Part shown: in pieces, positions 1-11,296 of the stretch | Layout: each line of letters begins with the position of its first letter | Position numbering within the stretch: position 1 is the first letter of the stretch | From: Lophium mytilinum | Taxonomy: Eukaryota | Length of the DNA: 64,000 bases | Reading direction: 5' to 3' | NCBI GenBank assembly: GCA_010093605.1 | Contig: MU004196.1 | Span: 1,324,606 to 1,388,605 of the forward strand | Program-made: the position numbers and the translations under genes | Notes under the pieces: model-generated | What the model was told of the DNA's origin: nothing | What the model saw: the letters and a program-made list of their open reading frames with translations, nothing else | The model's database searches: none

Positions 1-704
1 GCCTTAAACTAGAACCTTATTTAATATTTAGTATATTAGAATAGAAGGTTATAAAAATAATAGGTAAAAGTATAAGCGCTACTACAGTAATAGTAGACCT
101 ATAGAATATTCTTAGTACTAGCCTAAGTAAGTATAAACGGCGACCTTATTAGGTAGCTAAGTTATCTTGTAAGAAGGCTATTCTATATAAGTAATCTAAA
201 GTAGAACTCTAATAGGTAGAAGCTAATAATAGGCCTTAGGCTAATTTATATAGCCCGCTTGCAGCGCTTAAGAATAAATATAAGGATAAAAATAATAGAA
301 ATAATAGAAATAATAAAAATAATAAAAATAATAGAAATAATAGATATAGTAAGACTATAGATAATAGTAAGTATATAAATAGTAAGGCTATATAAGTAGC
401 TTAATAGAAATAGAATAGAAAGAATAGAGAAGCTATAATATATTATAAGCCTTATAGAACTTTAGCTTTTAAAGGGGGGGGTAGTATTATAGTATAAATC
501 TAGAATTATAATAATTATATACTAAGGTTACATGCCGCCCCTTATATAACCTAAGCGAGACGCTAGCCTAGCGCTAGGCCGCGGCCTATGCGCCGGCGTT
601 AAACTATAACCTTTTAAGAGCTTCTAGCTCTCTTTCTCCTCCTTAGCTTAGATTTTTATAATAGTTAATATACCTTATTACTTATATTATATTAGCCCCC
701 TATA
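1..704 (+). mobile_element. 3' end (post-chromodomain region, PPT, 3' LTR) of a RIP-degraded Ty3/Gypsy LTR retrotransposon; continues left of the window
   Basis: 1-705 is a near-identical direct repeat of 2762-3439; polypurine tract aaagggggggg at ~471-481 precedes the LTR; extreme TpA excess typical of RIP. Confidence 0.85.
485..704 (+). repeat. LTR copy 1 (~220 bp)
   Basis: Starts 3 nt after the PPT with tattatag (RIP form of TGTTACAG), ends ...cccctata (RIP form of ...TACA); matches 3219-3438; exact 3' end uncertain. Confidence 0.75.
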
Positions 705-3438
705 TTAGGCTAAGTATCTTTTTTAATTTAACTTTATTCTAAACTAGCGACTAGGTAAGTAGTTAACTAAGCCTAATAGCCTTACTTATAGGCCTAGTAA
801 TATTCTAGATAATCTAAATAATTCTAGAACTAAGTATTAAATATAAACTATATTAAAGAAAAGAAATCTATCTAAGAAAATATATAGAGCCTTATAGCTT
901 ACTAGTATACTTCTAAATAAATAGAAAGTTTCTATTAAGAGGCTTACCTAGCTAATATATAATATTATAGAATAATACTCTACTAATATTCTATATATTA
1001 TTCTAGCTACTAATAAAACTAAAGAAAGAAAGAAGCACTTAACTAAGACTATAGCTAACTATAGTAAGTTAGATAAAGATCTATATAATGCTACCCCTAA
1101 TATTACTGCGCTACTTACTTCTAAATCTATAAACCCTACCGCTAAAGAAGAAGCGCTAAAGGTATCTAAGCCTAGTAATAAGTTAGATAAGGACTTACTA
1201 GGGAACTATACTAATAATACTACTATTTAGTAGATTAATTATATATATATAGAGGATAATATTCTCTAGTATATTATATACGCTAAAGAGATAGATAAAT
1301 AATAAATTTCTCTTAAACTTATTTAAAAATAAGAAATTAAAATTAAGCTTAGTAACTATAAGATTTATAAAAATAAGCTATTTATTAACGGCTGCCTATA
1401 TATTTCTTATAATATAAAGCTCCGCACGCAATTAATTAAGAAAGCCTATAACTCTCTCTCTAGAGAATATACTAGAAGAAACTCTCTCTATTATTACCTC
1501 TTTTTCTAGTACTATTAGCTAGGTATTATAAACTCTATTACTATATATATTAATACCTGCCTAATATATAGGCGCACTAAGGTCTATAAAGATAGTAAAT
1601 ATAGCTTACTTAAGCTATTACCTATTCTAAATTAGTACTAGATAGACATCTCTATTAATTTTATTACTAAGCTACCTCCCTATACTATTAAAGGCCGCAC
1701 GTACTAATATATTATAGTAGTTATTAATTAACTATCTAAGAAATATAAATTTATTCCTCTAGACTCTATAGAGCTAGAAGACGTTATATAGGCCTTTATT
1801 AATTAGATTTAGTATAAAGAGGGCTATCTAGACTATATTATATTTAACTATAGTATATAGTTTATATTCTTCTTTTAGAAGCATCTATATAAATATATAG
1901 AAATATATTTAAAGCTATCTACTATAGCCTATCTAGAGACTAATAGCTAGACTAAAATTATTAATGCAGGCCTAAAGTAGTACCTGCGCGCATATATTTA
2001 TTATCTATAAAATAACTAGGTAAACCTAATTATCTTTACTAAATTTAAGGCTAACGCTAATATTAATTAGTCTACTAGCGTATTACTATTTAAAGCTACT
2101 AAGGGCTATATACCCTATAGCGGCTTAAAGCTATTATCTTAAGGTATTATTATTCTAGGCCCTAAGCGCTAAGAAGTTAATATAGCTAAGAAACTTATTA
2201 TGCGTATTTATAATCTATAAGAGTTTCTTAAAGAAGAACTCTACTAGAATTAATCTAAGATAAAGAAGCTAGCTAATTAAAATTAGCTGCCTGCTCTAGA
2301 GTTTAAAATTAATAATATAGTTATACTAAATACTAAGAATATCTATACTACGTAGCTAAGTAAGTCTCTTAACTATAAGAACCTTAGTCCCTTTTATATA
2401 ACACGGGTTATTAATAATATAGCCTATAAGCTAGAACTTTCTAAGTCTATAAAAGGAATTTTTCTAGTATTCTACCCCTAGTTACTTTATTAAATTAATA
2501 AGACACCTCTTCTAGAATAATATCTAGAACCCCTATCTATACTTAAGATAGAAAAAGATAGCTTTATAGGGTAGTACTATATTAATAAAGTCCTTAATTT
2601 CTAATTTAATAGCCGCCGATTAGATCTATATATAGGTAAGAAACTCTACCTTATATATAAGATAGCCTAGACCGGGTATAATAATACCTAGCCTAAATAG
2701 AAATCTTACTAGAATATAGATAGCTATAATAAGCTCCTTATAGAGTATTATAATAAGTATAGCCTTAAACTAGAACCTTATTTAATATTTAGTATAATAG
2801 AATAGAAGGTTGTAAAAATAATAGGTAAAAGTATAAGCGCTGCTATAGTAATAATAGACCTATAGAATATTCTTAGTACTAGCCTAAGTAAGTATAAATA
2901 GCAACCTTATTAGATAGCTAAGTTATCTTATAAGAAGGCTATTTTATATAGGTAACCTAAAGTAGAACTCTAATAAGTAAAAGCTAATAATAGGCCTTAG
3001 ATTAATTTATACGGCCCGCTTACAGCACTTAAAAATAACTATAATAACGGAAATAATAGAAATAATAGAAATAATAGATATAGTAAGACTATAGATAATA
3101 GTAAGTATATAAATAGTAAGGCTATATAAGTAGCTTAGTAGAAATAGAATAGAAAGAATAGAGAAGCTATAATATATTATAAACCTTATAGAACTTTAGC
3201 TTTTAAAGGGGGGGATAGTATTATAGTATAAACCTAGAATTATAATAATTATATACTAAGGTTACATGCCGCCCCTTATATAACCTAAGTAAGACGCTAG
3301 CCCGGCGCTAGGCCGCGGCCTGTGCGCCGGTGTTAAACTATAACCTCTTAAGAGCTCCTAGCTCTCTCTCTTTTTCTTAGCTTAGATTTTTATAATAGTT
3401 AATACATCTTATTACTTATATTATATTAGCCCCCTATA
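705..3438 (+). mobile_element. Ty3/Gypsy chromovirus remnant: RNase H C-terminus, integrase, chromodomain, PPT, 3' LTR
   Basis: Mentally reversing RIP gives WAEYLSQFDF..WRPGK..KPDSLTRR (~706-800), H..GH and CxxC zinc-binding motifs (~1447-1575), LLKPLPIP..W.DISIDFITKLP (~1600-1680), VVIDRLSK, KLSTVAHPETDGQTE (~1912-1957), GPF and FPVFHPWLL (~2385-2490), chromodomain-like YIDKVLDS (~2578). Confidence 0.88.
3219..3438 (+). repeat. LTR copy 2 (~220 bp)
   Basis: Follows PPT aaagggggggatag at ~3205-3218; near-identical to 485-704. Confidence 0.75.
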
Positions 3439-5843
3439 TCTATAGATAACTACTAGCTAGCGGAGAGCCTATTAGCTATAGTATTTTAGCTATATTATTA
3501 ACCTATATATATAGGATTTTATTATTAGAAAGAATACTAATAAGATCTATTAGTAAATAAAGGCCGCGTATATAAATTAAAACTATAGTAAGGTTTAAAA
3601 GCTTTAAAAAAAGTATAGGGTAATTAGACTAATATAGAACCTTATCTAATATATCTATAATAGTTTTTAATACTATAGTATCTTCCGCTATATATAAAAA
3701 GGTAGTCTTCTTATAAAATAGAATAGCCTTAAAGTATATTAGCCTTTTTACTTTACTAATTAGCCTTTCTATTTTACTATATACTTTAATTTTACTATAT
3801 ACTTTCTATTTTACTATATACTTTCTATTTTACTATATACTTTCTATATACTTCCTATATTTATTCTTTCTATTTTATTAATTAGCCTTTCTATAACTAT
3901 TTAGCCTTACTATAACTATTTAGCCTTACTATAACTATTTAGCCTTACTATAACTATTTAGCCTTTCTATTTTACTATATATACTTTCTATTTAGCTATA
4001 TAGGCCTTAATCTATCTTTTCTAAATAGAAAGAATAAAAATAGGTAGTATATAGTAATACGGGAAGTATATAGTAATATAGAAAGTATATAGTAATATAG
4101 AAAGTATATAGTAAAATAGAAAGTATATAGTAAAATAGAAAGTATATAGTAAAATAGAAAGGCTAAATAGTTATAGTAAGGCTAATTAATACTATTAAAG
4201 CTCTACTAGCTAGTTATACCGCGCGTACTATACCTCTATAGTATACTAACGCGTTTATAGCTTATCTAGAATAACTAAACACGTTAGAACTTACTATTCT
4301 TAGCTATCGGCCGCTTTCTTAATTACTATAAGTATATATAGAAGTTTTATAAGATATATATTTTCTTAAATAGCGCTAAAAAGCTATAGATAGATAATAT
4401 TCTTACTAATACCTAATAGAAATAACTTAAATACCTCTATATAAACTTAGAGCTATTCTATAAAGCTATACTTATAGTAGAAGGCTAAAAGATATTACTT
4501 ATAGATTATTTTATAACTTTTAACTAGCTAGTTAATAGCCTTAATACGTTAAAGAGCTAATTTATAGAGTTATTATATAATATATAATAATATACTAAGA
4601 TTAATATATATTAGTATATTATTATGCATATATATTACCTAATAACGCATAGAATAGTACTAACTATTATTTTTAGGTACCTCTTTAATTACGCTTTAAT
4701 AGCATAGAATAAGGCTAATAAGTATTACCTCTTAACTAATAAGAAATTACCTGTATACTACGCCGCTATTATCTTTAACCCTTCTCTTAAAATAAAATAG
4801 TTTAATAAGAAATAGAAGAAGTATACTATAAAGAAGAAGTATATTAAGATTATAAATACCTTTATTAAGAAGTACTAGTAAAGTAGCTACTATAGTAGAA
4901 TAGCGCATCTATATAATAGATAACCTAAACTATTACTAGAATCTAGATCTATATTTTCTCTTTAATAACTTTAAATATATATATTTATATAAGATTATAA
5001 ACGCCTTAAGGTTATATATAATAATAGTAACTATAATAATATAAGTAATAATAATATAGCGCTAATATCTAACTTTTATAAAGAATATACTAATACTCCC
5101 CCTATATTACCTGCGTAGGTGCGCGGTATAAAGGGTAATAATAATAAGCCTTTTATAGTTAATAAGATAATTCTATAGTAGAATAATAGATATAATACCT
5201 AGCTAAATCTTACTTAATTTATACTTAATATTCTTATAGTGCTACTAATATCTAATAACTATAAAAGGCTATTTAGTAGAGCATCTATTATACTTAAAAA
5301 ATATTACTAATACCTTTAGATAGATATAGTAGAGGTAAATAAGTACCTAAGATTATTATATAGGACGCTATTAAAGGCTAACTTTAATAATATAGAGTAT
5401 ACTAAGTTATTTAGTATATTATATATATTAGTATAAACTCTTTATAAGATAAAATAAGCACGTATATAGGTATTATAACGGATAGAAGCTAAGAGAGAGA
5501 TAAAGGGCTATAATTAAGATAAAGATAAGGATAATATATAAGCAGAAGCTATACTAGAAGAGGTAGTAGAGTATAGTAATAAGAATAAGTTAAATAGTTA
5601 GATAAAATAGAAAGGCTAAATAAAGACTATATAAAATAGAAAGGCTATATAGAGTATATACTATTAAACCTTAATACTAGAAATATTAAACGCTAAACTA
5701 GTTTAGGAAACTTACTAGCTGAATTAGGTAACCCTTAGCCCTATTATGGAGCTCCTGGCGCTCTAGAAGCTCCACAGCGTTTTCTGGTGGATCGCGTGGA
5801 TTAAAGAGCATATCCAGTCCAGTCCAGTCCAAGTCATTCACTG
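3439..5843 (+). mobile_element. RIP-degraded hAT DNA transposon, 3' half with right terminal inverted repeat
   Basis: De-RIPed motifs YYAAIIFDP (~4756-4782) and hAT C-terminal dimerisation motif VP.MSDDCERLFSGAS (~5239-5286); element ends ...ccagtccagtccaagtcattcactg at 5843 (CAGTG terminus on reverse strand); terminal ~120 bp resemble the MITE end at 42577. Confidence 0.82.
3758..4190. repeat. Long inverted repeat built from 19-bp minisatellite units inside the hAT element
   Basis: (ttttactatatactttcta)n at ~3772-3847 versus its reverse complement (tagaaagtatatagtaaaa)n at ~4060-4160; central (tatttagccttactataac)x3-4 at ~3898-3965. Confidence 0.85.
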
Positions 5844-6250
5844 GGTGGCGGCGGAGAGCACGGTGTAGGTTGGTCTGTCGCGATACGGTGTTAGGGGGGG
5901 GGGGGAGGGGGCAAGGTGAGGGTATGATGAGAGAAGATCGAGGAATTTACCATACTTTCAATTCATTCATGTCTATCCTCCTATTTTCTTTGAAAGCTAT
6001 TTACAGTGACAGGCTATAGGTCTGCGCACAGTGGCTCACCACTGCTTGGGGCATCCTCCAAGGATTTCCATGATCCAAGGTCAGGTCGAGTATCATGTAG
6101 TATATATTAGACTGCCCCTTGACTGATTAGCTGCTAAGCAGCCAAGCTTCCCCATACAGCGATGTCGAGTGAGTAACAGTGAAGCCAAGCAGTGATGATT
6201 CTGTGTGCCCAAACTCTTGGCCAAGTAAAGTATACTCGGTATCTTCAAAA

Positions 6251-7465
6251 TTAAGAGTCGAAGAGTGATTCTCCTATTTTCGAATCAACCTCGGCAATAT
6301 AAGCCCTAGTTTCCGTTTCCCACATGTCGACAACCACCCTCAGCCGCTTTCCAATCTCTTTGTACTCCCCGTTCTGTTCCCACAAAGCCCATCTCTCATC
6401 TGAGAACCAGCTGGCGATCCACTCCAGGGGAATGCAATCATGCACAAACCTTTTCCCCTGTGCGCTCGCGGGCTGGTAAGATCCTAAGAACTTCGCCTCC
6501 TTCCCATCGACCATCAGCGTATCTTCCTTCACAGGTGGCAGATCGCGGACTTCTTGATAGTGCAGAGCCCTGAGTTTCTCCATTGGGTACCAAGCATCAG
6601 TTCTGCCCCCAAACATAAACCGTTCCCAGGCGAACCCCATCTCTTGTCGGTGCCCAGCGCTCGAGATGCTCTCCTTGTTGTACCAGGGCTCTTCCTTCCA
6701 TGTGGGATGTGTTGAAAAGCAGAACGCATGAACTGTCTCGTGGATCAAGGTTACTGCAAAGCAAAACAGCACCCGCAGCCTTTTCCGACGGGTGGCATTA
6801 GAATACCTGCTTGCGAAGAACTCGTGATAGTGGGCGTTTAATGTTATGGTGGGATGAGGCTTGCCATTCTCTACCGGAGGCCAGGCATCTTCGGAGAATG
6901 GGATCCCAGTGGTCTCTACACTCCTCTCGCGTTCCCGGAAGGTTGCGCCGCATAGGCCCTCGAGGGAGGTATTGGTTGGATTTTCCTCCATGAACGCCAG
7001 AGAAATGTTTTCAGATAGTCCCGAGAACGCTTCTCGAACACGGTCGACAGCTTCAGGGCATAGTTCATTGCTGGAGATTTCAAGGTAGTCAAGGTTTTCG
7101 TCGTTTTCATGGACTTGCACTCGCTTGCCGAAGAGAACGTGCGGCCAGTATGGCAATATAGCAGCCTCGCTGGTGATAAAGCGGCTGGCTAGCTGCAGGG
7201 CTGGGGTCATACGCTCATAGACCTCCTCAAAGTTGTCCACTGACGCAGTTACCCAGCGGGACTTCTGGAACAAGTGATGGATATCGTTGCTCAGAGACGG
7301 CTTGGGAAGCCCTTGAGTTGCAAGACAGCCAGCAGCCTCTAAGTGTGGACGAACGTCTTTGTATAGTTTTAAGACGCTCGGGTATCTCTCTTGGGGATCG
7401 GAGGGATGTGGGATCGAGTTGTTCGCGGGATCGATGGAGTGCGCAGCGGGATTGGAGGAGGCCAT
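6251..7465 (-). CDS. Uncharacterised HExxH zinc metallopeptidase-like protein (404 aa), paralog 1
   Basis: Intact intronless ORF; TLIHETVHAF followed by QEMGFAWERFMFGG; no signal peptide apparent; aligns by eye with 33797-35005. Confidence 0.8.
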   Translation of the reverse strand: MASSNPAAHSIDPANNSIPHPSDPQERYPSVLKLYKDVRPHLEAAGCLATQGLPKPSLSNDIHHLFQKSRWVTASVDNFEEVYERMTPALQLASRFITSEAAILPYWPHVLFGKRVQVHENDENLDYLEISSNELCPEAVDRVREAFSGLSENISLAFMEENPTNTSLEGLCGATFRERERSVETTGIPFSEDAWPPVENGKPHPTITLNAHYHEFFASRYSNATRRKRLRVLFCFAVTLIHETVHAFCFSTHPTWKEEPWYNKESISSAGHRQEMGFAWERFMFGGRTDAWYPMEKLRALHYQEVRDLPPVKEDTLMVDGKEAKFLGSYQPASAQGKRFVHDCIPLEWIASWFSDERWALWEQNGEYKEIGKRLRVVVDMWETETRAYIAEVDSKIGESLFDS

Positions 7466-7832
7466 CGCGGGTTTCGTGGAGCTAATAGCTGCGCACTATA
7501 CAGACGATTCCATTGCGAGATGGCTGCGCTGCACACTGTTTTGCGACAGCTAACCTGAAAGAGGCAAATTACGAGGGACTTGCGCGTAATGGTGATTTTA
7601 GCGTTCCGAATTAGGAGTAGATTAAATTAGAATCGGGCTAGACCCGCGAGCGATAACACGAAGCGAGGGAAGGCACTATAGGTACCTCTCGACGCTTGCG
7701 CAACCCAGCATATCTTCGCGGAATGATTACAAAGTAAGTATCATGCCATTTTCTCTTTAATCTTCACAGTTTCAAGTTTTATCTCACGGGGCTGCTCTTG
7801 GTGCCCTCAGCATTTCTACTATGGACCGGGTC

Positions 7833-8392
7833 GGGGTTCAGATATCTGCTTAAATCCTCCTCCATATCATCCTCGGCCGCCAGCTGATATGCTTTACTAG
7901 ATCCTAACCCTATGCATACAGCCATCGCACCACTCCAGGCCCTCGCTTGCTCGCTCGACACCACTGTACGGAGCGCCCTGTATACCGCAACTTCGTTCTG
8001 CCAAAGGGACGGCTGATTCCCACCGTACTGACCACCAAACGTATCCAGAGTTCAGATATCTGCTTTAATCCTCCTCCATATCATCCTCGCCCGCCAGCTA
8101 ATATACTTTACCAAATCCTAACCCTATGCACACAGCCATCGCACCACTCCAGACCCTCGCTTGCTCGATCGACAGCACGTACGGAGTGCCCTGCATACCA
8201 CAACTCGGTTCTGTCAAAAGGCAGCCTGGTCTGCTGTAATGTTCCTCCACACCATCCTCGCCCGCAAATTAACACACTCTACTTTATTCCAACCCCACGC
8301 ACACAGCCATCCCACCACTCCTACCCTATTCCTGATCGCTCCACACCGCCGTCCAGAGCACCCCACCTACCCCAACCTAGTCCTGTCAAAAC
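7833..8392. repeat. Three diverged tandem copies of a ~170-215 bp unit
   Basis: gttcagatatctgc..tcctcctccatatcatcctcg..cctaaccctatgca..cagccatcgcaccactcc..ttctg(c/t)caaa at ~7835 and ~8050; more diverged third copy at ~8231-8392. Confidence 0.85.
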
Positions 8393-9057
8393 GTAGCCCA
8401 ATTCCAACCCGATCGACCATTCCCCCCATCTACAGCTTCAACGTCTACAATACCCCTTCAAAACCACCTCCCCCATTCCAGTCCACCCGCCAAACCCACC
8501 AAGAACCAACGCGCGAATCACATCCCCTGGTCGCTCGCTTATGTTTTAGGCCCCGTAAGCGCCTCGGGTCTTTCGTTTAGTCTTAGCGTGGTCTGGAACC
8601 CAGTGCGCCGGCGGGCTGGGTTCGCGCGCCGGGGGATGTCGGAAGCTGGGGGGCGTGAGTTGGTGGTGGGGCACGGTTAGTGAGGCTGTGGGTTCGGACG
8701 CCGTGGATTGGTGGAGCGAGGTGTGGGAGTTGGTTAGAGGGCGTGGATTGGAGCTGGGTGAGAGTGCGGGTGGGGGTAGAGGTGTGGTCGTGAGACGCCC
8801 CGGGGCTCACGAGAGGATCTTTTTGAGGATGTAGAGAGCGGGAGCCTATGTATTAGGCTGTGAGGTATGAGGCTCAGGTAAATAGCAGGGAATATGTCAC
8901 AACAGATGAATTAAGGTATATGTAGTCTTCTACCCTCCCGCCATCACCGACTAATCGAGTTGAGACAACGAAGTCGGATCAATCTTTCCCCATCATACAC
9001 AGGCCACGCCTACAACTCGCAACCCCTTCCACCCACCGCCAACACTTGAACCACATT

Positions 9058-10935
9058 CTAAACCACATTCTTCTCCGCCGCCACCCCATCACTCTCACTC
9101 CCCCCTGCCTTCCCCACCGGCACCGCATGCTCCTCCCCCGTAATACTCTCATCCCCCATATCATACTCGCCCGCCAGCTTCTCCAGCGTAATCCGCTTCG
9201 TCTCCGGCGTCAGCAGCGTCGTGAAAATCCCCAAAAACATAAACAGCGAATAAATCTGCATCACATGATTCTGCCACGGATTCGCATTCGTCTTCGTCGC
9301 GCCTCGTGTCCTGAGCGGCGCAATCGCCGCTTGAGCAATAATACTGCCGATCTTGCCGCTCGCCGCCGAGATGCCGTGCGAGGTAGAGCGGTAGCGGGTT
9401 GGGAAGCACTCGCCGGGGGTGATGAAGGTGGTGGCGTTGGGGCCCCAGTTGAAGAAGAGCTGGACGAGCACGTACAGGGCCAGCATGGCGTGGCCGGACA
9501 GGTGGTGGTACGCGAAGCCCCATACGATGAACAGCACTGTGAGGATGCAGAAGCCGGCGAGCTGGATGGGCTTGCGGCCGATGGTGTCGACGGTTGCGAC
9601 GGTGAGCCAGTAGCCCGGGATCGCGCCGGCGCAGGTCAGAATGGCGTTGCCGGCGGCGAGGTTGTAGAGGGTACGGTAGACGGTTTTGCCTTTGGCGTAG
9701 CCGATGGCGGTGAGCACGGTGGAGGAGTTGAGGCCGAGACCCTAAAAGATGGTTAGGAGGGTTGATTAAAGAGGGAGGGGAGGGGTGGGGCTTACGTAGA
9801 AGGCGACGTCGAGCATGAACCAGGAACCTGCGGTGCCGAGGAGGATGCGGCCGTTCTTCCATTTGCCGTAGAACTTGATGAAATCGGTCCAGCTGGCTTT
9901 GGGGACCTCGAGCGCACCGGCGACGGAAGCACGGCGGGTTGTGGCTTGGGTGATCTCGTCGGGGTGGCCCTGGGACTTGCCGGAGAGGTAGGCTTTGGCA
10001 TCCTCGTTGGCCTTTTCAACATCGCGAGCGACGTCGAAGGTGTAGCGGGGAGTCTCGGGGATGGTGAGACGGTAGTAGAGGGCGATAGTAGCGGGGACGA
10101 CGCCCAGGCCTGGAAATTGTCAGATGGGGAGGTTTAGTAGTGGACCTGGGTAAACTTACCGATAAGCGCACGCCACATCTTGTCAACAGCAAGAGCACAG
10201 ACGGAGCCTGGGGAGCAGGTCGCGTAGGAGCTGGCAGACTCGAGGGAGCCCTTGAAGCCGGCGACGAGACACAGCATGACTAGGGCACCACCGAGCTGGC
10301 CGAAACCCTGCATGGCGAAGACGGAGCCCATCATGGCACCACGCCACTTGGTGGTCGCGAATTCAGAGGTGATGATGGAAGAAAGGGGGTAGTCGCCGCC
10401 GATGCCTTCAGAAAGTCAGTTCTATGGTTAAGGAAGAATTGGAGATAAGTTGCGTACCCATGCCCATAAGGACTCGCCAGAAGATGATAGTACCGACGAT
10501 GGAAGCACCAGGTCCGGAGCCGCAGAGAGCCTGGGCGATGGTTGCGAAGATAATGAGAATCAGCTCAAGACCGTACATCTTCTTACGTCCGACAACATCA
10601 GCGAGCGCACCGAATCCAAGTTGGCCGATGACGGTTCCGGCGGAGGTGGAGACCTTGATGGCAGTGTCCTGGGGTGTGAAGAGAACGCCCTTGTTGTCGT
10701 GCTTGTACACAATACCCAACATGATGGTCAGGAGCGAAACGCAGAAGATGTCGTAGGAATCAGTGAAGAAACCCGTGCCGGCCACGAGACAGGCGCGGAT
10801 ATGGTACCAGCCAAAAGGCGCCTTGTCGATCTCGGCGAGGGCGAGCCGACGACGCTCGTTGGGGTCCTCAACATCAGCGAAGTCGTTGTGGAAGTTGTGG
10901 AAAGCGGCATTGCCGCCAGCTGTTTTGGCTACCAT
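9058..10935 (-). CDS. PHO84: High-affinity inorganic phosphate:H+ symporter (MFS, PHS family), 4 exons
   Basis: GTGFFTDSYDIF, ADVVGRKKMYG, GIGGDYPLSS, QLFFNWGPNATTFITPGECFPTRYRSTSHGISAASGK, PETK motifs; GT-AG introns at 10457-10406, 10159-10110, 9795-9742 keep the frame open. Confidence 0.95.
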
Positions 10936-11296
10936 TGTTGCAGAAGCTGAAGGAATTTGCTTCTGGGAGAGGGATTGTCGTGTGCGTGAGCTGCTGGAGC
11001 AACAGCCCCGGCGGGACACACAGCACTATATACAGGCTGCAGGTTGACCCCTTGGCAGCTCCAAACGCGACTGAGCAATGAGAGGCGCGCATTCTGGGTC
11101 GTGGCCTGTCGAGCGGGCCTGCCGAGAGCAGGGCAGGGTAGCGGTGGCATGCCTGAGGGTGGATCGGCTGTTTGGAGGCGTGCCAGGGCGGATTTGCTGC
11201 ATCTTCAGTTCGGGGCTGGCTCGAAGCAGCAGGCAGTCGAAAAAGTGCCATGTTGAGATGTCGTTGCATTGGGCCAATCACAGCGCGCGAGGTGCC

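Noticed and set aside
5729..5742. taacccttagccct resembling telomere repeats (also reversed at ~42678)
   Set aside because: Only two imperfect units, and part of the hAT subterminal sequence
9058..10935. PHO84 (and the BCS1-like gene) as members of the biosynthetic cluster
   Set aside because: PHO84 is a conserved nutrient transporter with its own PHO boxes; nothing in the sequence links either gene to the pathway
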